64,000 nucleotides of DNA from a virus. The notes under the pieces are model-generated. The model was given only the letters and a program-made list of their open reading frames with translations, had not been told where the DNA came from and ran no database searches. Both the position numbers and the translations under genes were made by a program. The stretch covers positions 41,789 through 105,788 of the IMG/VR virus record IMGVR_UViG_3300020187_000015. One strand, given 5' to 3'. Of this stretch, positions 48,045 to 57,936 are shown piece after piece; within the stretch, counting starts at the first letter, position 1; every line of letters begins with the position of its first letter.

Positions 48045-51000
48045 TTATTCACTGATCGTGTCTACAATTGATTCTAAATTTCTCCTAAACTCTTCAACCG
48101 CTTCTTCTACTGAACCCAACCTAGCTATGCTGCCTTCTGGAAGCTTTATATCTATATTAGTAACAACATCAGTGGTTTTGATTACTCCCTCTGCAATCTT
48201 TTGACTTAGATTATTAGATGCTTCAATAAATTGCTGTTGAGTAAGAGTATTTGCATTTAATTTTTCTACTAGAGTGGCTATAGCATCTCTATTTATCACC
48301 GCTTCGGCCTCCTGTATCTTGAGTGCAGCTAATACATTTGCTGCAGAGTCTGCTGCGGTGGCAGATTCGTTGCCTCCTTCTACAACTGGTGGCGCTCCAG
48401 GAAGCCTACCTTCGGTTGGAGTAACCTTACTTAATAGTGAGCCTAATGTTGGGCTGACCTCCCTAAGGGATTCGACAATATCACCTAAACCTTGGTTAAT
48501 TACTTCAAAGCCACCAATCTCTTCACCTGTATTAGTTTCAATCTTAACTAGTTCGTCTAAGTCCAGTCTAACACCCTGATCAGACAAACGGTCAAATACA
48601 CGTTCTAATCTTCCAGGTAAATCCGCAAGCCCTTCAGGAGTTCTATCCCCTTTACTCAACTCTCGTTCAAAAATGCTCCTAGCTCTTTTACTCTGTTCAT
48701 CGGTTAGTTGACCCCCTTCAGCTTTTGATCTAGTAACAAGATTAAACTGCTCTCTAATTACATCAGCCGCCCCCTTTAATGCTTGAGCCTCTGGAGAATT
48801 CTTATCAGCCAGCACTTCTCTAACTGGATTTGCTCCATTATCTCCACCATATTGACCCAATCCTAAGAAAGTTTTTCTCATTCCCGTTCTAATTTCTTCA
48901 GTGAGGCTATTAGCTGCCCTATCTTCACCAAATAATTGTGAAAGGTTCTGACCTCCCGTCTTTGACCCTAAATCGTTTAATGCTGCTTGAGCAACTCTCT
49001 GATTTTCAGCCTGTTGATTGAGAGCTACTGTATCTGCAAGTGACTGATTTGTATTTGCGACAAGAGCATCTCTATTTCCTGCTAGTTCAATTGCCAATTT
49101 TGCAAGCTCTTGTTTCAAATCCTTATCATCTGTCTTTCCTATTAGAGAGTTTATATCGCTAATTGAGGCTCCTTCATTCGCAACCCTTTCCAAGATTGGG
49201 GAAACCTCAGCTCTTTGTTCTGGTGTGAATGTGGACAATCTATCTTTAAAAGCAGATTGGACACCCCCTGAAGCACCCAAGTTAAGATCCTTTAACCCAT
49301 CTGTAAGAGCTGTTTTCAGATTACTTATCTGAAGGTCCTGCTTTTTACGTGTCTGGTCAAATCCCTGCCTAGAAAGAAACTCCAATTTATTTTGCGCGAG
49401 GTTGGACGCTCTACTAACTTCACCCCTTTGCGTTATTCTATCAGCAGCAGACTGTCCAGCCTGAGCTTGGAACAAATTAGATGAAGCAGCGTCAGAGTCT
49501 CTGTTAGCTCCTGCGACTTTAAAGTTCGCATCTGTTATCGCAGCGGCAGCTTGCTGTTCAATTATATTGGTCTTAATGGAGCCATCTCCAATCACTTTCT
49601 TGAATAGGTTTGATAGAAGCTTATTTGTGTCGAACTGAAGAGCAAAAGCTTTTGCAGTTTCCTTTTCAAGGCCCAGCGCAATTAGCCTCTGGAGATTACT
49701 TCCAGACTTCTCTAAAGTGGAAAAGTCAACATTGTCAAGATCTATATCCGCTAGAAGACCTCCAATAAAAAGAGATACCTCATCTTCTGTAATCTTACTA
49801 AGATCAAGTTGATCTTGGTTTGTTACTCTTGTTATTGGCGCTCCAAAGGCAAATTGACCAACACCCCTAATAGTTTCTGTCTCCTTCTCTATAGTAGCTC
49901 GCCTATCTTTAGATTTTGTAGCGAAATCGTCGAAAGCCTTCTGTGTTGACGCTGTCCTTATTTTTGACTGCCCTTCCCTTTGGAGTTCATCCAATATCCC
50001 TCTTCTTTCCTCTGGAGTTGCAGTAACAAAGTCTTGCTTAAGCTTCCTCCCTCTTTCTGATTTCCCAAGATTTGGATCGTTCTGAAAATCATTAAAAGTT
50101 CTTTGTATATCAGAGAACAGGGCCGCTATCTGTTTTCCTGATGCAGTTCCACTTTCAAATGCATCATTTAGTCTAAACTGCGCATTTACATATGCCTGTG
50201 CAGAAGCTATATTCTTTTTATAAAAATCTTGCTGCTCGCCCAGAGACTTGGAATACTTGCTGGCATCATCAGTGGCTGTAGAAAGCGCAGCACTAACTCC
50301 ACCCAGTAGACCCCCAACTCCAGCACCTATTGCAATACCAAGCGGATTCCCAGAAAATGCACCCACACTTGCTCCAGTCGCAGCTCCACCTAAAGCACCA
50401 GATGCAATTGACCCAGCTCTTTCATTTCCACTTACCTTTGCAATCCCCTGACCAATTACTGGCGCTGCCAAAGCACCAGCAAAGCTAAGTCCAAATCCAG
50501 CCCCCTGTAGTCTTTGTCCTCTAGCTATTTTTCTAGATTGAACCGATTCGTTAAATTTAGCTCTAGACTCTGGTGTAAGTTTTTTACCAGTTGACGAGTT
50601 TAATATTCCTTTTGCCTTTTTTTCTAGGCCGCTGTCGAAACCAAACCTACCCGTTCCAGACTTCTCTAGTTGTGTTTGTGCATCAGCCAAAAGAGACTGT
50701 TGAACTGCATTTCTTGTTCCCTTTTCAATTTGTTTGAAGTTTACCAGTCCAGCATTTTTAATTTTATTTGCTAACTCCCTACCCTCCTTGGATCTATTGA
50801 GTTCCTCGAAGCTCAATGATTTCCCTTGTGATTTAGACTCCTTTTTTAATTCGGCCTCTATAAGCTCAAGTCTTAACCTTCTCTTAAATTCTGCAAATGG
50901 AGCTGCATCTCCCCTAAACCCACTAGGCACAGCGCCAGCCGCAAATTGTTTTTTAAAATCCTTATAGTTGTACTCTTTTAACTCTTTGCTAAAGTTTTTT

Positions 51001-53813
51001 GGCGCATTTCTTGCCTGCTCGGCTAAACTTGGCTGTATTATTGCTGGTGGACCAGCGACTTCAGGGACAAGCCTTGTTTTTCCCTTTAAGTCCGTTTGTC
51101 CAGTAAAAGTAAATCTGCTATTTCTAAGGTCCCCAGTAAATCCAGTTGATCCAGGATTATAAATTGGATCACCTACTGGTCTAAATTTCCCTTTATCATT
51201 TTTAACAAAAGGTTTTTGTGTCGGAGATACTCTAGTCCTTTCATCAGCACCGCTTGGTGGTGTTTTTGGTGTATCTCTACCAAAACCTCTAGTAGCCTGT
51301 TGTGCAGCCATAGAAGTTTGTTCAGCAGCAGCCTGTCTCAATAGTGTTGGAATTTTAAAGCCTTGACCAGAGGCTAAACCAGCTTCAATTCTTGAAATTT
51401 GTCTTGGAGTTAAAGGCTGTCCTGCTCTCAGCCTTCTTTCCATTTGTTTAATTTCTGTATCGCCTAAGTTGACCCTGCCTGAGGATTGACCAAAAGGAAA
51501 AGGATCGGTTACATCAAGATTGACCCTGCCTTCTGCAAAATTAGGTATATAGGTAGCTCCCCCAGCTCTAACCCTTCTTATATCAGAGAGTTTTATATTT
51601 TTAGTTACTTGTTCGCCACCCTGCATACCTCTAAGAGTAACCATCTGATTCTCCCTTTGGTATTGCTTCCAGCTAGAATACCCCTTAGGAGGCGGCTTTC
51701 CAGCCTTAGATGACTGAGCAACCATAGATGAATGCTGAACCCCTGAAAGCTGTCTAACTGAGTCATATTTCTTACTGTAGTAGCTTACAGACTGAAACTT
51801 GGTGTTACCCATCAGAAGCTTGCTAATGCCATCCCTAGAGGCCTTGTAGGTCAATCCCTTAACCATAGGGATCTTACCTCTGGCAAAGTTTCCACCCATA
51901 GAGCTAATAGCAGAAGATCCTGCCATATCTCTATTCAATACAATGTCGCCATTTTTATTAGGTATTAAAATCTCATCACTATTCAATACGGCTGGCCCAA
52001 TCTTGCCCTTTCCATAATTGAATGAATTTACTACTTTTACTTGCGCGTTTGAACTAGCTCCACCAACGCCATTACTGATCGCCCTTTTTTCATTTTCTAT
52101 TGCTCCCCCCAAAGTTCCTCCAGCAAAACCTTTTGCTCTTCCTCCTTTCCTACTTACGTCTCCAGTAAAAACAGATCCACCAAGAGATACACCCTGTCTC
52201 GACAAGCTTTGCGCAGTTCTAATCGAACTAGCTTCTAAGGCTTTTTGCGCAGCAAGTTGTTTAGTCAGCAAGCCTAATATAATTTGTTCTTTTTGTGCCT
52301 GCGAAGTTGCTAATTCTAGTTGTTTTAACTCGGAAGAGGTAGCTTGAGCTAACAAGCTTTGAATAACTCTCTGATTTGCTATTCGTTTTTCTGAAACTTT
52401 GTTTATACCACTGAGTTGAAGCAAACTTGCGCCACCCTGAGTGAATACATTTTTTAAAGTATTGGCAATAATTGCCAAGCCAGTTACAAATGCAGGACCA
52501 GTCAAGACTTTCACAAACCCTTCAGCAAGTGGCGCTAAAAGCTTAAGATCATTAGCTAGTAAAATTACGTCCTTGGTAATATTCGCCAAAAAGGACCCAC
52601 CTCCAATATCATTGCCTTGAAGAGCTTCTAGCAATACATTTATATCCGTTACAATAGACTTGAAGAAGTCTTGAAGCCCAGCCTTTCCAAGGCCTGCAAA
52701 AATTTGACCTATATTGTTAGATATTTGATTACTAATACCCTCAATAGTTTGATTGTAAGCTAAGTTGGCTATAATAGCTTCATTAGTTGCCTTAGTCGCA
52801 GCGTCTGTCGCTCCTCCAGCAATACTTTGTTGGGATGCTAAATCTCTAAATAGGGCCGACAATTTTGAAACCTGGAACTGGCCAGCAACAACTGTAGATA
52901 TTTGAGTGGCAAGACTTCTTTCCCCGTCCTTTTGAGCTTGACTAATGGCTACAGATGCTGCTACTAAGTTATCAAAGGTCGAGGCACTTTCATCAACAGC
53001 GACCCCAAGTTCTTTCAACTGTGCAATTCTAGTAGGTAAATTAAGTCTAGTTAAAGCAGTCTTCAGACCTTGACCAATAGTAGCGCCACCCAAACCAGTT
53101 CTTTGTTTTATCGCAGTAATGAAACCCAGCAATTCTTCAAACGATATGCCAGCATCCTGAGCAACGGATGCCGATCTAGAAACCGCATCAATTAGATCTG
53201 TAGAAGAAACCGCAAAAGCAGTTTCAACTGCTCTTAACTTATTTATGACTTCAGTAGTCGTTATAGCAGAGGATGCAAAACCATTAACAACCGCAGTTAA
53301 ACCAGAAATTGCTTTTTCTGTGTTTAAAGTTGTTAGTCGAGTTAATATCAGAGCGTCACTTGTTCTCTTTAGAGTTTGCTCTACGCTCAAGCCCTGTCTG
53401 GCAAATTCCTGTGCAGTTTCAGCTACTCTTTGAAATCCCTGACCAGTATTCTTAGCAACCTTAAACAGCTCGTCACCAAACTTCGATATCGTATCGCTAC
53501 TTCTTCCGAAGATGGAGTTAATAGCATTCAAGCTACTTTCCACCTGTACTACGGTGGTAGCCAATTCTAGGAAGGCTCTTCTTACCCCTTCAATGACGGC
53601 CACAGAAGCACCGAAAGCGATGACACGGGCATTAGAAGCTTCAAGTGATTTAGTAAACTCATTTGCCTTGCCTGTAATTCTGCCTAAAGCCTGCTCACTT
53701 CGCTTTGTGTCAATTATAACTTTACGTTTTTCAAGACCACGCAACTGAGCATTAAACTCTCTTGTGTTTGAGAGTTTTACTTCCGCTAATATTTCTAAAT
53801 CAGATCTAGCCAT
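48045..53813 (-). CDS. Tail tape measure protein
   Basis: 1922 aa, Ala/Gly/Leu-rich helical, TP901-like core (IGQGLKTALTRL), hydrophobic Gly-rich segment; follows the tail tube gene. Confidence 0.9.
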   Translation of the reverse strand: MARSDLEILAEVKLSNTREFNAQLRGLEKRKVIIDTKRSEQALGRITGKANEFTKSLEASNARVIAFGASVAVIEGVRRAFLELATTVVQVESSLNAINSIFGRSSDTISKFGDELFKVAKNTGQGFQRVAETAQEFARQGLSVEQTLKRTSDALILTRLTTLNTEKAISGLTAVVNGFASSAITTTEVINKLRAVETAFAVSSTDLIDAVSRSASVAQDAGISFEELLGFITAIKQRTGLGGATIGQGLKTALTRLNLPTRIAQLKELGVAVDESASTFDNLVAASVAISQAQKDGERSLATQISTVVAGQFQVSKLSALFRDLASQQSIAGGATDAATKATNEAIIANLAYNQTIEGISNQISNNIGQIFAGLGKAGLQDFFKSIVTDINVLLEALQGNDIGGGSFLANITKDVILLANDLKLLAPLAEGFVKVLTGPAFVTGLAIIANTLKNVFTQGGASLLQLSGINKVSEKRIANQRVIQSLLAQATSSELKQLELATSQAQKEQIILGLLTKQLAAQKALEASSIRTAQSLSRQGVSLGGSVFTGDVSRKGGRAKGFAGGTLGGAIENEKRAISNGVGGASSNAQVKVVNSFNYGKGKIGPAVLNSDEILIPNKNGDIVLNRDMAGSSAISSMGGNFARGKIPMVKGLTYKASRDGISKLLMGNTKFQSVSYYSKKYDSVRQLSGVQHSSMVAQSSKAGKPPPKGYSSWKQYQRENQMVTLRGMQGGEQVTKNIKLSDIRRVRAGGATYIPNFAEGRVNLDVTDPFPFGQSSGRVNLGDTEIKQMERRLRAGQPLTPRQISRIEAGLASGQGFKIPTLLRQAAAEQTSMAAQQATRGFGRDTPKTPPSGADERTRVSPTQKPFVKNDKGKFRPVGDPIYNPGSTGFTGDLRNSRFTFTGQTDLKGKTRLVPEVAGPPAIIQPSLAEQARNAPKNFSKELKEYNYKDFKKQFAAGAVPSGFRGDAAPFAEFKRRLRLELIEAELKKESKSQGKSLSFEELNRSKEGRELANKIKNAGLVNFKQIEKGTRNAVQQSLLADAQTQLEKSGTGRFGFDSGLEKKAKGILNSSTGKKLTPESRAKFNESVQSRKIARGQRLQGAGFGLSFAGALAAPVIGQGIAKVSGNERAGSIASGALGGAATGASVGAFSGNPLGIAIGAGVGGLLGGVSAALSTATDDASKYSKSLGEQQDFYKKNIASAQAYVNAQFRLNDAFESGTASGKQIAALFSDIQRTFNDFQNDPNLGKSERGRKLKQDFVTATPEERRGILDELQREGQSKIRTASTQKAFDDFATKSKDRRATIEKETETIRGVGQFAFGAPITRVTNQDQLDLSKITEDEVSLFIGGLLADIDLDNVDFSTLEKSGSNLQRLIALGLEKETAKAFALQFDTNKLLSNLFKKVIGDGSIKTNIIEQQAAAAITDANFKVAGANRDSDAASSNLFQAQAGQSAADRITQRGEVSRASNLAQNKLEFLSRQGFDQTRKKQDLQISNLKTALTDGLKDLNLGASGGVQSAFKDRLSTFTPEQRAEVSPILERVANEGASISDINSLIGKTDDKDLKQELAKLAIELAGNRDALVANTNQSLADTVALNQQAENQRVAQAALNDLGSKTGGQNLSQLFGEDRAANSLTEEIRTGMRKTFLGLGQYGGDNGANPVREVLADKNSPEAQALKGAADVIREQFNLVTRSKAEGGQLTDEQSKRARSIFERELSKGDRTPEGLADLPGRLERVFDRLSDQGVRLDLDELVKIETNTGEEIGGFEVINQGLGDIVESLREVSPTLGSLLSKVTPTEGRLPGAPPVVEGGNESATAADSAANVLAALKIQEAEAVINRDAIATLVEKLNANTLTQQQFIEASNNLSQKIAEGVIKTTDVVTNIDIKLPEGSIARLGSVEEAVEEFRRNLESIVDTISE

Positions 53814-53832
53814 GCCTATATACTATTACACT

Positions 53833-53876
53833 AAAAAAAAGCCCACTGATAAAAAAATCAATGGGCTTTGTTTTTT
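53833..53876 (-). terminator. Rho-independent terminator after the tail tube gene
   Basis: AAAGCCCATTGAT...ATCAGTGGGCTTT followed by a T-tract on the minus strand. Confidence 0.8.
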
Positions 53877-53893
53877 AAATGAATATTTAAAAT

Positions 53894-55123
53894 TTATGAA
53901 CGACCTGCGTATCTCGCAGCAAGTTCTGCTGTTTTGACGGCTCCACTGAAGAATATGCCTTTTCCAGTTTCATCAACAGTACCAAGTGGGACTTGGAATG
54001 TTACAGAACCGTTTCTTGCAGATCCGATATCAAGAGATGTATTTTCCGATTCGAAGGTAGCACCTCTAACAAAAATAGCGAATTGATCTGTATCTACCGA
54101 ATTACCAGTACTTCCAGCAGTTACAATACTAAAGTCAAACTCAGTGTTCGATGTGCCGTTGAATAGATCAACAAGAGAACCTGTTGACATATCAGTGACA
54201 TTAAAATCGAAGCTTACTGTTCCATCGATTGGTGTTTGCAATGGGCGAGCAAAAACGAATTGACTTCCTAGTCTTTCAAGGTTGTCACGAGCAACTGGAA
54301 TGCTAACGGAAAACGAATTGATATTCGATTCTGTAATGTTAACACCCATGTTACCCGAAAGAGCATTGATGTTAAGTTTAATTCCACCTTGTTTGATGAC
54401 CGCTGGCATTGTAGAACCTGCACCAGCAAAAGCTCCAGTGGAGTCTTGTGAGATTGCAGGAATATCATATTGCCACCCAGTAACCTTGTCTCCATTTTCT
54501 GGGAAAATTGCTGGAGAAATGTTGCCAGTACTATTAGAATTAACTACGTAATTAGAACCTTCAACAGAAACTGTAGATTCCATGAACCCACCAACACTTG
54601 CGCTAACTTCATAATTAGTTATGAAGCCATTCGACAAGCAAACTACAAAGTCCTCTGAATCGGCAGAGGTATCTCCATAAACGGACTTACCTTCTGGGAC
54701 GAATTGTGCGAAATAGTTCTTGGAATCATTTGTAGAATCAAAGAATCCAGACAAGCAATTTCTCAAGCCACTTACATTTCCAGCAATAGTGGAAGTTTCA
54801 AGGGACACTGGAAATCCAAGAATAGCTTCGTTCAATCCATTATTAGTGAAATAAGTGAAATCGAAGGTTGGGGTAGGTGCAGAAGTAGCTAATTTGGCAA
54901 GAGTGGTAGCTTGTCCAAATTGATTAATGTTCTGAAGAGGGTTGTCGAAAGAGTCGGAGAACGACTGTACTCTGAATAGTGGTCTGATTTGGTTATCACC
55001 GCTTGATCCACTTAATAGATTGGTGTAACCGTAAAGACCATCTGCAAAGTGTCTGCCAGTTGCTGGCGAAGGGCCTACAAATAGGCCAGCACTTTCATAT
55101 CTTGTTTGAATTCTTTTTGCCAT
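53894..55123 (-). CDS. Major tail (tube) protein
   Basis: Two tandem tube-like beta domains (RVQSFS...INQFGQ; NSFSVSIP...LERLGS); own promoter and terminator. Confidence 0.75.
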   Translation of the reverse strand: MAKRIQTRYESAGLFVGPSPATGRHFADGLYGYTNLLSGSSGDNQIRPLFRVQSFSDSFDNPLQNINQFGQATTLAKLATSAPTPTFDFTYFTNNGLNEAILGFPVSLETSTIAGNVSGLRNCLSGFFDSTNDSKNYFAQFVPEGKSVYGDTSADSEDFVVCLSNGFITNYEVSASVGGFMESTVSVEGSNYVVNSNSTGNISPAIFPENGDKVTGWQYDIPAISQDSTGAFAGAGSTMPAVIKQGGIKLNINALSGNMGVNITESNINSFSVSIPVARDNLERLGSQFVFARPLQTPIDGTVSFDFNVTDMSTGSLVDLFNGTSNTEFDFSIVTAGSTGNSVDTDQFAIFVRGATFESENTSLDIGSARNGSVTFQVPLGTVDETGKGIFFSGAVKTAELAARYAGRS

Positions 55124-55151
55124 AGTTTTAAAAAAGTTGGGTTATAATAGT

Positions 55152-55179
55152 TAATACATTTTATTTGCGAAATTGTGAA
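55152..55179 (-). promoter_or_regulatory. Late promoter motif TTCACA-N15-TGTATT (tail tube)
   Basis: Motif recurrence. Confidence 0.6.
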
Positions 55180-56016
55180 TCATTTTCTTGGGAACCTATA
55201 AGCTATAATCGAAAATTCTGCATAGCCTATATTAAACTCTGAAAATTCATTATCTACACTATTTGTAGAGTTTATAGTCACCTTATCAATATAAGCTTTT
55301 TCATACCCACCGCTAAATGCTGCGTTGATATCATTGTAGCTATATTCTGGATCTTTTAAGTCACCCTTAAAGTCCCAAGGTATTTTTTCAAAGTCTCCTA
55401 CCGAAAAGTAATTTTCCCTCAAATCTCTAAATATAGATAAAGCTCCATCCAAATCATAGTAATTATCAGTTAAAACTAAAGTCTGTAAGTTATAAGTTAC
55501 TTCATCTAGGCCACCAAATGCGAGAGGCTCGCTAGAGCTATTTTTAGAACTGACTATAATGCATGGGGCATTTATTCTCAAATTATTAGATCCAGTTAAA
55601 AAGTTCAACGGGTCCTTGGACCTAAAAGCTTCTCTCAATAAAACCTGAGTTTCATTTTCTGGTTTAAAGTATACGTTAAAGTCCTTGTATGCGAATGCTC
55701 CCGACACTGGAGAGTCTCCAAAGTCTTCATGATAAGCGCCACCATTTAAAAAGTCTATAGACAATCCACTAGTACCTCTATTCACCTCTTCGCCATTTAC
55801 ATAAACTCCACTTGGGATTATAGCACCAGTAATTGAGTGATCATAAACCCACTGACCATAAGGACTATTTGAAAAGGTTAGTCCATTAATATTATTTTGA
55901 TCGTTTGGGTAAAAAATTCCAGTAGTATTAGTAAAAGCCTGCCCCTTCTCTAAGAGCCTGTTTTCTAGATATAGAGTAAAATAAGACCCTAGCTTATGAT
56001 CGTATTGCGGTATCAT
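55180..56016 (-). CDS. Putative tail terminator/completion protein
   Basis: Position; PCIIV...PLAFGG. Confidence 0.55.
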   Translation of the reverse strand: MIPQYDHKLGSYFTLYLENRLLEKGQAFTNTTGIFYPNDQNNINGLTFSNSPYGQWVYDHSITGAIIPSGVYVNGEEVNRGTSGLSIDFLNGGAYHEDFGDSPVSGAFAYKDFNVYFKPENETQVLLREAFRSKDPLNFLTGSNNLRINAPCIIVSSKNSSSEPLAFGGLDEVTYNLQTLVLTDNYYDLDGALSIFRDLRENYFSVGDFEKIPWDFKGDLKDPEYSYNDINAAFSGGYEKAYIDKVTINSTNSVDNEFSEFNIGYAEFSIIAYRFPRK

Positions 56017-56579
56017 CTATTCCCCCCTCTAAGTTTTGTTTCAAAAATATCTCTTAATCTGTCTAGATACGAACTATCTCTTGGCTCACTCTCCCTGTTT
56101 ATTGAGTTTTTAATCTGATAACCAAGCTCAGACCTACCAGCACCTGGCTTAAATAAGAATTTTTCAATACTTCCTAGCCCCTCCTGCAACGCTTGCACCC
56201 AAGTCTTTGCAGTCCACGGTAGACTCAATCGATCATCATTATAAATTTCTGGCCTTGATGGATATTGTATTTGAAACTTGTAAAATGCTCTATTTTTATC
56301 TCTAGTAGTGCTAGGCCTAGTATTCAGTTGAATTTTTTCTTCGAAAGATTCTTTTATATCTTGCACTGGATTTTGTGATGGCTCTAAGCCGAAGTAACCT
56401 CTTGTTTTATCATCAGACTGAACCATTTGTGACGACCTATCAGAGCCAACCTCCGACAAAAACTGCCTCTTAGATCTTTTGAAATCGGCAGACATTTTTT
56501 TTATTGCGCTAGACCTAGCCTTTCTTCCAGTTAAGGCTTTCGTAATTTTCTTATTTATCTGTGCCTTGAAGATTGCCAT
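56013..56579 (-). CDS. Putative neck/tail completion protein
   Basis: Basic protein at the syntenic position. Confidence 0.5.
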   Translation of the reverse strand: MAIFKAQINKKITKALTGRKARSSAIKKMSADFKRSKRQFLSEVGSDRSSQMVQSDDKTRGYFGLEPSQNPVQDIKESFEEKIQLNTRPSTTRDKNRAFYKFQIQYPSRPEIYNDDRLSLPWTAKTWVQALQEGLGSIEKFLFKPGAGRSELGYQIKNSINRESEPRDSSYLDRLRDIFETKLRGGNR

Positions 56580-57022
56580 TAGTTAATTTTCTCTAGGAAG
56601 TAAGTGTAGAAGTTATTTTGCAGTAAGCCGTGTCTTCTTGGTTCTGAAATTAAATCATAAAACTCTTCATCCCAATAAACGTCCTTTGAGTCTTCTAAAA
56701 AATCTCTTCCCGTTATATCAGTTACTAGCTTAATTCTAGGGCTTGCTGCAACACTACCCTGATTTCCGTCTATTGGCTTAAATTCAGTACCTCTGTCTAG
56801 ATAATATGCCCTAGCCAAAAACATTCCACTGGTTTGAGTTTCAACAGTTTTACTATTCTCAATGCTATTTTGATAATAAGAGTTATGAGCGCTACTCTCA
56901 CTAATAACAGTAGTAGTACCTTTTTTGATAGCAAATAATTTGTTTTTACTAGCAAAAAAATTATGCAAACTCATCATTCCATCATTAACACTATCTTGCT
57001 GACTGTCGGTCAATACTATCAT
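56579..57022 (-). CDS. Putative head closure protein
   Basis: Size and synteny. Confidence 0.5.
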   Translation of the reverse strand: MIVLTDSQQDSVNDGMMSLHNFFASKNKLFAIKKGTTTVISESSAHNSYYQNSIENSKTVETQTSGMFLARAYYLDRGTEFKPIDGNQGSVAASPRIKLVTDITGRDFLEDSKDVYWDEEFYDLISEPRRHGLLQNNFYTYFLEKIN

Positions 57023-57477
57023 TAATACTTGAAGCCAGTTAAATTCTCTTGAGGGTCTCTTGGTCCAGACCTATTATATTTATATAGATTTACTAAATCC
57101 GTAGACCTGCTATCCATATCTCTAGCAATTTTATATATCTCCACAGAGGAATCCTTACTCTTTTCAAAAGTAACTGAACTTTCGTCATCCTTTATAGAGA
57201 CAATGTTTCCGCCACTAGAGCTTTTTATTAAGATATCCCTAGATAGATTTGTATAATACTCAACATAGTATAGAGACTTTAAGATGTCTTTTTCGTCTTG
57301 ATGTAATAGAGGTGCATATTCTCCAGAATTTAAACTGTAGTTAGTAGAAATCTTATTGTTTAATTTCCCGACGTTGTATTCTAGCCAAAGGTTTATTCTA
57401 TTTTGACTTGGTTCGCTAGGGAAATTTAACTCTTGATGAAGCTCATAAGCAACTCCTGTTAATTGGTACGTAGACAT
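57022..57477 (-). CDS. Putative head-tail adaptor
   Basis: Helical N-terminus plus SIKDDESSVTF hairpin; synteny. Confidence 0.55.
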   Translation of the reverse strand: MSTYQLTGVAYELHQELNFPSEPSQNRINLWLEYNVGKLNNKISTNYSLNSGEYAPLLHQDEKDILKSLYYVEYYTNLSRDILIKSSSGGNIVSIKDDESSVTFEKSKDSSVEIYKIARDMDSRSTDLVNLYKYNRSGPRDPQENLTGFKY

Positions 57478-57512
57478 AACTATTATTACAGTTAAAAAAC
57501 CCTACAAAGAAA

Positions 57513-57836
57513 TTAAATCCCCTTCTTCAGAACTTCATCTAGCTTCTTTTGTTTGGTCTTAGTCAGCTTTTTTGATAAATCTTGATTCATCAATTGGCCA
57601 GTAGATTTTCTGAATGCAGCCAAGCATTTTTTTTCAAAAGTTTCTCTACCTTTCAAGGATCTGTTTGGCTTAATACCAAATTCTTCTAAACCATGCCTAT
57701 ATAGTTTTTCCATAGGCATCTTACTAATAAGAATTTTATAATCCAAAAACTGAGAAACACCTGCTACTGACTTTTTATTACCCAAAGCGCTTACCAAAGT
57801 ATCACTGCCATTAATTTTTCCATTAATTTTTTCCAT
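57513..57836 (-). CDS. Hypothetical basic protein
   Basis: Likely start MEKINGK at 57836, after a terminator and late-promoter motif. Confidence 0.65.
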   Translation of the reverse strand: MEKINGKINGSDTLVSALGNKKSVAGVSQFLDYKILISKMPMEKLYRHGLEEFGIKPNRSLKGRETFEKKCLAAFRKSTGQLMNQDLSKKLTKTKQKKLDEVLKKGI

Positions 57837-57888
57837 ATTATTATATACAGGTGTAGCGTCCTTTTGGGAAAATTCTAAACTTAGGCAC

Positions 57889-57917
57889 AAAAAAATCCCG
57901 CCATTTCTGACGGGATT
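57889..57917 (-). terminator. Rho-independent terminator after the major capsid gene
   Basis: AATCCCGTCA-GAAA-TGGCGGGATT followed by a T-tract. Confidence 0.85.
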
Positions 57918-57936
57918 AGTTTTGATTTTATTAGTT

